Source of the DNA: a virus
Virus record (IMG/VR): IMGVR_UViG_3300011921_000001
Coordinates: 1-62,653 of that record
DNA: 62,653 nt
Strand: one strand, 5' to 3'
The notes beneath the pieces are model-generated. The model ran no database searches. It was not told where the DNA came from and saw only the letters and a list, made by a program, of their open reading frames with translations. Position 1 is the stretch's first letter. Each line of letters starts with the position of its first letter. The translations under genes and the position numbers were made by a program. This document shows, one piece after another, positions 8,589 through 15,743 of the stretch.

Positions 8589-8853
8589 AAAAAGTTTCGC
8601 CAACACCTCGGACACCCGCAAACCCGCGTGGTTGCTGGCGTCTCTCAAAATCCGTCCTTCTATCTATCATTTAAAAAACTTTATAGATAAGGTAAAAAAT
8701 CCTTACACACACGCCCCTTCCTTTGTTTCTTTTTTTCTTTCTTGTTGTATGTCCCGCAAAACGATAGATAGACGGACATTTTGCCGATTTCCGCCCGCAA
8801 ACCCGCATGGCTACTGGGTTTCCGGCTGTCACCAAACATCGGCGAAACTTTTT
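8589..8853. repeat. Large imperfect inverted-repeat structure in a 336-bp non-coding island
   Basis: AAAAAGTTTCGCC (8589-8601) is the reverse complement of 8841-8853. TCCGTC..TATCTATC (8651-8668) pairs with GATAGATAGACGGA (8763-8776). Direct CCCGCAAACCCGC sits at 8615-8627 and 8794-8806, with a partial copy at 8753. A pyrimidine tract spans 8714-8748. Confidence 0.85.
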
Positions 8854-8899
8854 AATCATGGTACACTCCTGAGCGTACCAACACTAAAGGACTTTAATC

Positions 8900-9772
8900 A
8901 TGGACAGTCTAGTCAGTCGCCTCCGAAGCATGAGCTACGGGGACGCGCACAACCACCTCATGACCCTTGACCTTCCTGTAGACCTGCGTGTTTCCCTCGC
9001 AGCGAAAGCCAACGAACTGCGGATGCACGACGCCAAGGAGGGGAAGAACGCCAAGCTCATGCACATACACCGCGCTGAGATGTGGCACCGACTGATCGCC
9101 CCCCTCAAGTACACGCTGAGCAACGCCAGGGTAGGGCTGCGGCTCAAGCCCCAGGCCACTGCCCCCGAACGGCACCTCGCGTTCAGTGAGTACATAACGC
9201 TGCTGGAAAAGCTCTTGCTGGGGCTACAGACGCTACGGACATTGCCGGACAACGGCGAGCGCAGGCCCGTGGACATAGCGCAAGAGCGCGGCCTGCCAAA
9301 CAAAGGCGTGCACTGGACGGATTGGGTAGCGGACAGAACGCGCAGGCGCATCGAAGGCTTGTTCTACGCAATACCGTTCGCGCTGAAGACCAAGCGGTTT
9401 GAGCCCTTCAAGCGCCAGATACCCCCGGACATGTTCAAGCGCGATGTGTCGCTGCTGCAAAGGCGCACGTTTAAGGAGCTGGACATACTGCGCCAGGAGA
9501 TAAAAATTATGCGCAAGATCGACTGCATGACGAACGAGCAGCGGGCGTCGCTTGACAAGATGGAGCAGCAGGAGGAGAACATCGTTGCCGCCATTGAGTT
9601 CATGTCACGGGAGCTGGTAAACGAAGTTGTTCCTTGGTCATGGCACGCCATCAACCCGAACCCTAACACACTACCACTTGATGAGGAGGACGAAGCCGCG
9701 CTGCGCCTACAGCTACAGACAGAGCGCAAACCCGCAAAGAAAACCCGCAGGCCCAAACGCTACAACGTATAG
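8900..9772 (+). CDS. Hypothetical early protein (290 aa), basic C-terminus
   Basis: Track ORF; AAAGGA RBS; no motif recognised. Confidence 0.65.
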   Translation: MDSLVSRLRSMSYGDAHNHLMTLDLPVDLRVSLAAKANELRMHDAKEGKNAKLMHIHRAEMWHRLIAPLKYTLSNARVGLRLKPQATAPERHLAFSEYITLLEKLLLGLQTLRTLPDNGERRPVDIAQERGLPNKGVHWTDWVADRTRRRIEGLFYAIPFALKTKRFEPFKRQIPPDMFKRDVSLLQRRTFKELDILRQEIKIMRKIDCMTNEQRASLDKMEQQEENIVAAIEFMSRELVNEVVPWSWHAINPNPNTLPLDEEDEAALRLQLQTERKPAKKTRRPKRYNV

Positions 9773-9789
9773 GCACTGCTCAAGTAACC

Positions 9790-9808
9790 GTGGGACACGG
9801 TGTCCCAC
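9790..9808. promoter_or_regulatory. Palindrome copy 3: GTGGGACA-CGG-TGTCCCAC
   Basis: Exact 8+3+8 inverted repeat starting 18 nt after stop 9772, followed by hairpin GCCGCACA/TGTGCGGC (9828-9854). Confidence 0.9.
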
Positions 9809-9876
9809 AAAGAAAGAATATGGCCATGCCGCACAGCCATGACAAATGTGCGGCACTTGTAAAAAGGAGAAAGCAA

Positions 9877-10098
9877 ATGACGAATGAAGAAAAGCAACAG
9901 ACCATCGCACAGGTGGCCAACGCATGGGTAGCGCTCGATGCGCTCAACGCAGCCATCATGAAGATAGGCGAGGCCGCGTATGAGGCGGGTGATACCTTGG
10001 TGCAGCACCAGCTAGAGGTCGTGCACCACAACTTGGCCAAGGTCAACCGCGAGCTTGTCTCGACCATCAGCCAGATCAACCACATCAAAGGAGAGTGA
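9877..10098 (+). CDS. Hypothetical protein (73 aa; trimmed from track ORF 9790..)
   Basis: AAAAGGAGAAAGCAA directly upstream of ATG 9877. The longer ORF would start inside the palindrome. Confidence 0.6.
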   Translation: MTNEEKQQTIAQVANAWVALDALNAAIMKIGEAAYEAGDTLVQHQLEVVHHNLAKVNRELVSTISQINHIKGE

Positions 10099-10100
10099 AG

Positions 10101-10370
10101 ATGAATATCGCGGTCAAAGACAAAGAGCTAGGCACAGCGTTGATGCGCAGTCCCACGCAGTTGTGGGGCGCAAGGCTAGGCAAAGCAGTTGACATCATAA
10201 AAGAGGGCACGCTGTGCAGCTACGGCGGTGTGCGTGTGGTCGAGGTGCAGGCGTGGAGCAGGGCTATGAAGATATGCCGGGAGTTGCCAGCAGGCGGGCG
10301 CCACGTTGCGACAGCGCACAGCCGTTTGTGTTTTTGGATAGGTGAAGCAATGAACATCAAAGGAGAGTGA
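10101..10370 (+). CDS. Hypothetical protein (89 aa)
   Basis: AAAGGAGAG RBS, ATG 10101; bracketed by an exact 23-bp direct repeat (10083-10105 and 10355-10377). Confidence 0.5.
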   Translation: MNIAVKDKELGTALMRSPTQLWGARLGKAVDIIKEGTLCSYGGVRVVEVQAWSRAMKICRELPAGGRHVATAHSRLCFWIGEAMNIKGE

Positions 10371-10372
10371 AG

Positions 10373-10540
10373 ATGAAGTACTACGTAGAGTTCAAACGCA
10401 TGGCCTACCTTGAGATCGCGGTGGAGGCCGAGACCCCCAGCGAAGCCGAGAACTTGGCATGGGCTGAGATAGATAAAGACCCCGGCAGTCTCGACAAGGA
10501 CTGGTACGTCAACAGCATCAACAAAGGAGAGATCGAATGA
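10373..10540 (+). CDS. Hypothetical acidic protein (55 aa)
   Basis: Hand-translated (MKYYVEFKRMAYLEIAVEAE...); same RBS block as the previous gene; ATGA overlap with the next gene. Confidence 0.55.
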   Translation: MKYYVEFKRMAYLEIAVEAETPSEAENLAWAEIDKDPGSLDKDWYVNSINKGEIE

Positions 10541-10749
10541 AAGCAAACGATATGAAGAACCCCGACAACCTGCACGACGCACTGTCGCACCTGCATACGC
10601 TCACTATGGGCATCGCCAATGACACAGCCAACCTGATGGAGTCATCAACGATCCGGGGCGGGCACCTTGAACCCATCAAAGACGCAGCATTGGACGCCCA
10701 CCTGCTGGTGACATGGATCAAAGACAACATCAAGGAGCTACACAAATGA
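10537..10749 (+). CDS. Hypothetical protein (70 aa), N-terminus MKANDM
   Basis: Track ORF; AAAGGAGAG RBS; the first 19 nt are identical to the start of the gene at 11089. Confidence 0.6.
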   Translation: MKANDMKNPDNLHDALSHLHTLTMGIANDTANLMESSTIRGGHLEPIKDAALDAHLLVTWIKDNIKELHK

Positions 10750-10928
10750 CAAAGAACCCACTACACCACAACGGCATGTTCGCAACGCCCGATGACATGG
10801 AGGCGCTGATGCAGTACTGCGAGCGCTTCACTGGGGGTGAGAGAGTGGTCGCGTTCGTGGCCGCAGGCATGGCGCTGAACCTAGCGCACAAGTACGTAGA
10901 GCAAGCACTTAAAGGAGAAGACGAATGA
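10746..10928 (+). CDS. Hypothetical protein (60 aa; trimmed to the ATGA-coupled start)
   Basis: ATG 10746 overlaps stop 10749; in frame with track ORF 10713..10928. Confidence 0.5.
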   Translation: MTKNPLHHNGMFATPDDMEALMQYCERFTGGERVVAFVAAGMALNLAHKYVEQALKGEDE

Positions 10929-11092
10929 AAACTGAATGGCTAAAAACTATCCACGCCATGCGTGACGCAGGTTACTTGGTAATCATCTGGTCGCCCGATG
11001 AACTCGGGGACGTTGACGCAAGCCACATTGAGGGCGTGCTGATTGAGCGTGGCAACGACATGATCGAACAACTGCAAGGAGAAACCAAATGA
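10925..11092 (+). CDS. Hypothetical protein (55 aa)
   Basis: Hand-translated (MKTEWLKTIHAMRDAGYLVIIWSPDELGD...); AAGGAG RBS; ATGA overlaps at both ends. Confidence 0.55.
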   Translation: MKTEWLKTIHAMRDAGYLVIIWSPDELGDVDASHIEGVLIERGNDMIEQLQGETK

Positions 11093-11265
11093 AAGCAAAC
11101 GATATGACCGAGTCCCAGCTGTTCAAAGCAGCGTACAAGATGTGCGACCAAGGCGGCAGCTTCGCATTTGCGATAGGGCAAGCGTACTTCTGCGCCGACA
11201 GCACAAACAAAGTGCGGCTGGTTGACGCCTTCGCTGACCTGTTCGAGAGGTACGCCCATGAATAA
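11089..11265 (+). CDS. Hypothetical protein (58 aa), N-terminus MKANDM
   Basis: Hand-translated (..GGSFAFAIGQAYFCADSTNKVRLVDAF..); AAGGAGAAACC RBS. Confidence 0.6.
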   Translation: MKANDMTESQLFKAAYKMCDQGGSFAFAIGQAYFCADSTNKVRLVDAFADLFERYAHE

Positions 11266-11422
11266 CCCACAGCAGTTACGCAACAGGCTCATGGAGCAGG
11301 GCTACACATGGGACGAGGCCGAGCAGCAGGTCACGGACTGGGCATCGGACGCCTACGACCAAGAGCAAGACCGCAAGGCCGACGAGTATTTTCTCAACCG
11401 TAAAGAAGGAGATGGCAAATGA
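11258..11422 (+). CDS. Hypothetical acidic protein (54 aa)
   Basis: ATG 11258 overlaps the previous stop; in frame with track ORF 11222..11422. Confidence 0.5.
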   Translation: MNNPQQLRNRLMEQGYTWDEAEQQVTDWASDAYDQEQDRKADEYFLNRKEGDGK

Positions 11423-11643
11423 ACTACGACCTCAACACCGTAGGGGGCATGAACCGCGCCGTCGAGTGGACGCGCAACCTGTTCGAGAACATCAAAGAGG
11501 GTGGCGTGTGGGTAGTGCCGCGCTCGATGACCATACTCAAAGTCTACAAGTCAGAGCGCCGTGTCTTGCTTGCGCAGGGCATAGTGCCAGACCCATCGCT
11601 GGCCCGCGTCATCAAGGCGATGGGCTGGACAGTTACCGAGTGA
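11419..11643 (+). CDS. Hypothetical protein (74 aa)
   Basis: Track ORF; AAGGAG RBS; ATGA overlap. Confidence 0.6.
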   Translation: MNYDLNTVGGMNRAVEWTRNLFENIKEGGVWVVPRSMTILKVYKSERRVLLAQGIVPDPSLARVIKAMGWTVTE

Positions 11644-11647
11644 AAGC

Positions 11648-11666
11648 GTGGGACACAGTGTCCCAC
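11648..11666. promoter_or_regulatory. Palindrome copy 4: GTGGGACA-CAG-TGTCCCAC
   Basis: Exact 8+3+8 inverted repeat starting 5 nt after stop 11643, followed by hairpin GCCGGGCA/TGCCCGGC (11676-11698). Confidence 0.9.
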
Positions 11667-11720
11667 CAGCGCATCGCCGGGCAGCGCCAATGCCCGGCAC
11701 TAGCAACTAGGAGAAAGCAA

Positions 11721-11921
11721 ATGAAACCGAAGATTTATAGGGCGTGGATAAACCAGCCAAGCACGGCACAACAATTGCACAGACTACACGGCGTGACCTG
11801 CATTGCCGTTGATAACGGCGAGCCTAGCCTGACGCTTTACTTCACCGAAGGGGGCACGCACTCAACGACCGCGCTCAGAGAGTGCATAACAAGCGTAAAG
11901 CTGTCAAGCGCCGAGAAGTAA
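11721..11921 (+). CDS. Hypothetical protein (66 aa)
   Basis: CTAGGAGAAAGCAA RBS. The gene is bracketed by the exact 23-bp direct repeat CACTAGCAACTAGGAGAAAGCAA (11698-11720 and 11923-11945). Confidence 0.55.
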   Translation: MKPKIYRAWINQPSTAQQLHRLHGVTCIAVDNGEPSLTLYFTEGGTHSTTALRECITSVKLSSAEK

Positions 11922-11947
11922 CCACTAGCAACTAGGAGAAAGCAACC

Positions 11948-13327
11948 ATGCGTTTTTACAACAACATCTTCGCCCCCGCATCGTATATCGTCAGCAAGCA
12001 CCGTCCGTGGTTCGACCGCGAGAGACTGCGCAGCGAGCTGCACCCAGCCGTCAAGACCTTGCTTGAGCGTGACCACCGTCCCGTCTACTGGCAGCGTCTC
12101 TTGCTTGAGTGGCCGCATGTCTCTGACACTGACCGTGAGCGCATCGCATACACCCGCGATGAGCGCTCAGGTGAGGCCGACAGGCAGACGATCACCACGG
12201 TGGGCAAGTACTTGTCTCGCCACTTCGACCTGCCTGACCACATCATCCGTGACGCTGTAGCCAGCTACATCGGCAACACGGACAAGTACAAGATGCTGCG
12301 CACGGTCGATGCGATGGTGGATGCGGTCAACAACGGGCCGCACTCGTGCATGAAGTGGACATGTCGTGACAATATACGCTGCACCGATGGCATCGAGCGC
12401 CATCCCTACGCCGCGTATGACCCGCAGTATGGCTGGCACATGGCTGTGCGCATATCACCGGAGGGTGAGATCGTGGGTAGGGCGGTGTTGAATGTGGATG
12501 ATGAGGATGTCAACTATTGGGTCAGATCGTTCGGCTACCAACCGGGCAGCAGCTACTCGCACACCGACCAGAAGTTAGAAGCGTGGCTCAAGGAGCAGGG
12601 GTATGTCAAGTATGCCCACTGGCACGAAGATGCGCAGCTTGCGTACTACAAGGTCAATCGAGCTGACTTCCTCGCGCCATACGTTGACGGCGACCTGCAC
12701 ACAGCGCGGCTTGAGACCAGCCATGCAGATGGCCCCAAGGTGTTCCTCGACAGCGATGGCGACTACGAGCTGCGCAGGCAAGACGGTGTGTCCGAGGAGA
12801 CCAGCAGGTACACCTGCCCTCAATGCGGTGAGCGCGTTGACGCGGACGATATGACAAGTATCGGCTACCACGGCGATGACAGCGCGTGCCAGAGCTGCAT
12901 CGAGAACGACTACACGTTGGTCATGGGCCGTTGCGGTGACTCGTACTACGTGAGCAACGACGACGCTATCGAGGTCGATGGTGACTGGTACGACTGCCAC
13001 TACCTTGAGCGCAACGACATCGTGCAGCTAGAGAATGGCGACTACGCACGCCGTGACAACGCGGTGCTGTGCGTGGACGATGACGAGTGGTACAGCGAAG
13101 ATGACAGCGACATCATTTACTGCGAGTACGACGACAACTACCACCACATCGACAACTGCGTAGAGACCCAGGACAAAGGCTGGGTGCACGAGGACGATGC
13201 GTGGCAGTGCGAGGGCAGCAACAAGTGGTACAGCGACAGCACGGACTTCGTGATCGTCGATGACATGAAGTACCACCCTGAACATGCCCCCGAGATCGAA
13301 GAAACTGAAACCACCACTAAGGAGTAA
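11948..13327 (+). CDS. Hypothetical protein (459 aa) with a Cys- and Asp/Glu-rich C-terminal third
   Basis: Track ORF with a strong RBS; CPQCG...CQSC pairs, then repeated D/E/Y/W-rich segments; no family recognised. Confidence 0.65.
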   Translation: MRFYNNIFAPASYIVSKHRPWFDRERLRSELHPAVKTLLERDHRPVYWQRLLLEWPHVSDTDRERIAYTRDERSGEADRQTITTVGKYLSRHFDLPDHIIRDAVASYIGNTDKYKMLRTVDAMVDAVNNGPHSCMKWTCRDNIRCTDGIERHPYAAYDPQYGWHMAVRISPEGEIVGRAVLNVDDEDVNYWVRSFGYQPGSSYSHTDQKLEAWLKEQGYVKYAHWHEDAQLAYYKVNRADFLAPYVDGDLHTARLETSHADGPKVFLDSDGDYELRRQDGVSEETSRYTCPQCGERVDADDMTSIGYHGDDSACQSCIENDYTLVMGRCGDSYYVSNDDAIEVDGDWYDCHYLERNDIVQLENGDYARRDNAVLCVDDDEWYSEDDSDIIYCEYDDNYHHIDNCVETQDKGWVHEDDAWQCEGSNKWYSDSTDFVIVDDMKYHPEHAPEIEETETTTKE

Positions 13328-13332
13328 TCACC

Positions 13333-14442
13333 ATGCGTAAATCATCTATCCTGTACAAGACCCTGTGCCGTGCGCTGTCCATGAAGCGCCCCCATTACGG
13401 TGAGGGTGCATCGCTCTTCACGGGCTGGCTGTGCGACAACGTGCCGCGCCACCTCGACCTGACCATCGACGTATCTGGCAACGTGCACATTGACGCACGC
13501 ACATCGACCAAGCACCGCACACTCTTTGTCGCGCACGTTGACACCGTGCACCGCGCTGATGGCCCCAACAAGTTCATCAAGGCACACGGCAAGTGGTTCG
13601 CCAAGGACGCGCCTCTCGGTGCTGACGATGGCGCTGGCTGTGCGCTGCTCATGCACCTGCTTCACAGCGGTGTGCCTGGGTACTACATCTTCACGCAGGG
13701 CGAGGAGGTGGGCGGTGTCGGTGCCAAGCACTTGGCCAAGGAGCACGCTGACTTGCTTGCACAGTTCGACCGTGCCATCGCGTTCGACAGACGCGGCATC
13801 GACTCGGTCATCACGCACCAAGGGTATGGCCGCTGCTGCTCCGATGTGTTCGCCCAGGCGCTGTCTGATGCCCTCAACGGGGACGACAGGCTGATGTACC
13901 TGCCCGACGACACAGGTGTGTACACCGACACTGCCGAGTTCACGGGCATCATCCCCGAGTGCACCAACGTGAGCGTAGGGTATGACCACGAGCACTCGGA
14001 CAAGGAGTCGCTCGACACCTACCACTTCATGGCGCTGGCTGACCGTGTGGTGCAGATCAAGTGGGACGAGCTGCCCACCTCGCGTGACCCGCTGGTGGTC
14101 GAGAGCAAGTGGGACAGCAGGTGGGACACCGCCTGGGACACCGCCCTGACGACCAGTGTCAGTGCTCCCCCTGGCAGCACGCAAAAGTACATCGACGGCT
14201 GGACGGGGGAGGACGATGTCAAGGAGGCCATCTACGACGCGCTAGCAGGCTACCCAGGCTACCTTGTGGAGCTGATCTGTGAGTCGGCGTACCCAGAAGA
14301 CCCCGAGCTTGCACGGCGCTACATACGCACAAGCAAGCTGCGCGACCCAGACCTGCTCAAAGCGCACCTCGCTGATCTGTTCACCTACGGCTCCGATGCC
14401 GTGCTTGCACGACTGTTTGACGAGGCGTACGCAGAGGTGTAA
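13333..14442 (+). CDS. Clan-MH (M20/M28/M42-like) metallopeptidase-fold protein (369 aa)
   Basis: Ordered motifs VAHVDTV, LGADDGAGCA, TQGEEVGG and GYDHEHS match the His/Asp/Glu-Glu/His co-catalytic zinc-ligand pattern. Confidence 0.55.
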   Translation: MRKSSILYKTLCRALSMKRPHYGEGASLFTGWLCDNVPRHLDLTIDVSGNVHIDARTSTKHRTLFVAHVDTVHRADGPNKFIKAHGKWFAKDAPLGADDGAGCALLMHLLHSGVPGYYIFTQGEEVGGVGAKHLAKEHADLLAQFDRAIAFDRRGIDSVITHQGYGRCCSDVFAQALSDALNGDDRLMYLPDDTGVYTDTAEFTGIIPECTNVSVGYDHEHSDKESLDTYHFMALADRVVQIKWDELPTSRDPLVVESKWDSRWDTAWDTALTTSVSAPPGSTQKYIDGWTGEDDVKEAIYDALAGYPGYLVELICESAYPEDPELARRYIRTSKLRDPDLLKAHLADLFTYGSDAVLARLFDEAYAEV

Positions 14443-14445
14443 TAA

Positions 14446-14462
14446 TGTCCAACGCTTGACAA
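14446..14462 (+). promoter_or_regulatory. 17-bp motif TGTCCAACGCTTGACAA, copy 1
   Basis: Exact copy of 25181-25197; intergenic, 4 nt after stop 14442; overlaps the UUCG-loop hairpin 14457-14476. Confidence 0.8.
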
Positions 14463-14476
14463 CCTTCGGGTTGTCA
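14457..14476 (+). promoter_or_regulatory. 8-bp stem hairpin with TTCG loop (no U-run)
   Basis: TGACAACC-TTCG-GGTTGTCA. Confidence 0.6.
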
Positions 14477-14505
14477 GGCACCATTCACAACAAGGAGAAA
14501 GCAAA

Positions 14506-14667
14506 ATGAACGTAAGAATGCTGCGCCATGTGCGCCAGATGTGGAACGTGGATCACGTTTCGCAGGAGATCAACCGTTCCAACCAACGCAAGTGGGTGAG
14601 GTCTGTGCGGCTCTTGGGCAACAAGTGGCTGCTTGCACAACACATCGAGAGGAAGACCCATGCCTGA
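14506..14667 (+). CDS. Hypothetical basic protein (53 aa)
   Basis: Hand-translated (MNVRMLRHVRQMWNVDHVSQEINRSNQRKWVRSVRLLG..); CAAGGAGAAAGCAAA RBS. Confidence 0.6.
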   Translation: MNVRMLRHVRQMWNVDHVSQEINRSNQRKWVRSVRLLGNKWLLAQHIERKTHA

Positions 14668-15193
14668 CATTCAGACTGCCCTTAGCCGCGCCCTGACCGA
14701 GTGGTCAAAAGATGAACCAGACCAACAAGTACAACAACCCCAAGAGAAAGCACCTATGCCAAAGCCACACTACGCCATCACCAACAACGTCACCCGCGCC
14801 ACGTTCGAGTTCGTGCGCGACAGGCCGGGGGTTCACTACAAAGCTGCCGTCAACGCGCTCACGGCACAAGGGTTCAAGGAGTCCTCGATCACAGCCCTCT
14901 TCTCACAGATGCGCAGGGCTGGGCTGCTTGTGCGAAGTGCGGATGGCCGTTACACAGCAGTGGGCAAAGAGTACGTACCGATGAAGGCGTCTGCGAAATC
15001 CAACCACAAGTCCGTCAAACACTTCACCAACAAGCCTGCCAAGGCCGCACCTACCCCTGCGCCCCACGAGCAACCCTCTCCAGCCCCTGCGGTGACTGTC
15101 AACGATGTTGACTACTTGCTGAACACCCTACCCATCAAGCAGGCCCGTGAGCTGTACGATGCGCTGCACAAAATCTTTGGAGGTGCGAAATGA
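14660..15193 (+). CDS. Putative winged-helix DNA-binding protein (177 aa; trimmed from 14633)
   Basis: The segment TRATFEFVRDRPGVHYKAAVNALTAQGFKESSITALFSQMRRAGLLVRSADGRYT looks MarR/wHTH-like; GAGAGGAAG RBS before ATG 14660. Confidence 0.45.
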   Translation: MPDIQTALSRALTEWSKDEPDQQVQQPQEKAPMPKPHYAITNNVTRATFEFVRDRPGVHYKAAVNALTAQGFKESSITALFSQMRRAGLLVRSADGRYTAVGKEYVPMKASAKSNHKSVKHFTNKPAKAAPTPAPHEQPSPAPAVTVNDVDYLLNTLPIKQARELYDALHKIFGGAK

Positions 15194-15405
15194 AAGACAC
15201 AGGCGGGCCAGCGTTTCCACGCGACCACGTTCATATGGGTCACAACGGCATGACCCTGCGCGACTACTTCGCAGCCAAGGCGATGCAAACTCTGTTGGGA
15301 AGCGAGTACACCAGCAAGCACGGCCTACACGAAGGTTGGATGTACGCTATGGCGCATGAGTCGTATATGGTGGCAGACGCCATGCTGAAAGCGAGGGGGC
15401 AGTGA
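15190..15405 (+). CDS. Hypothetical protein (71 aa)
   Basis: Track ORF; ATGA overlap; GGPAFP...GMTLRDYFAAKA recalls a common small prophage protein (from memory). Confidence 0.6.
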   Translation: MKDTGGPAFPRDHVHMGHNGMTLRDYFAAKAMQTLLGSEYTSKHGLHEGWMYAMAHESYMVADAMLKARGQ

Positions 15406-15743
15406 ACAACCCCTTTGACTTGGCCAACTACAAGCGCCAGATCACCATGCACAAGGAGAACGCCGCAACAAAGTCGGCGTACCAGCAGACCTCCGTGGTC
15501 AACAGACAGCGGGCCAAGGGCATCGAGCCGAGCCTGCCGTACTCAGACAAAGCACCCGCAGCGGAGCCAGAGAAGTTTGTGGCTGACATGCCGGTGATGC
15601 CTAAATACGACCGCAATGCCGCGAGGAGGCAGAGGAACTATGAGAAGCAGTTGCTGAACTGCAAGCATGTGTGGCTGACCCTTACAGACCTGCCGCTTTA
15701 CAAGTGCAATGAGTGCGGAACTTTTTTAAGGATTGAGAAATGA
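15402..15743 (+). CDS. Hypothetical protein (113 aa) with a C-terminal zinc-ribbon-like CxH...CxxC
   Basis: GTG start in a GTGA overlap; C-terminus NCKHVW...YKCNECG. Confidence 0.55.
   Translation: MNNPFDLANYKRQITMHKENAATKSAYQQTSVVNRQRAKGIEPSLPYSDKAPAAEPEKFVADMPVMPKYDRNAARRQRNYEKQLLNCKHVWLTLTDLPLYKCNECGTFLRIEK

Noticed and set aside
7142-8899. tRNA or other canonical RNA genes in the two large non-coding regions.
   Set aside because: No T-loop-like GTTCGA(A/N)TCC consensus or cloverleaf-compatible arms were seen by eye. A tRNAscan/Infernal run would be needed to exclude them formally.
14456-14484. TTGACA within the 17-bp motif as a sigma-70 -35 box.
   Set aside because: The -10 candidates at 17-bp spacing are poor (CACCAT; ACTTGA). 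At the second copy the predicted start site would fall inside the downstream gene.
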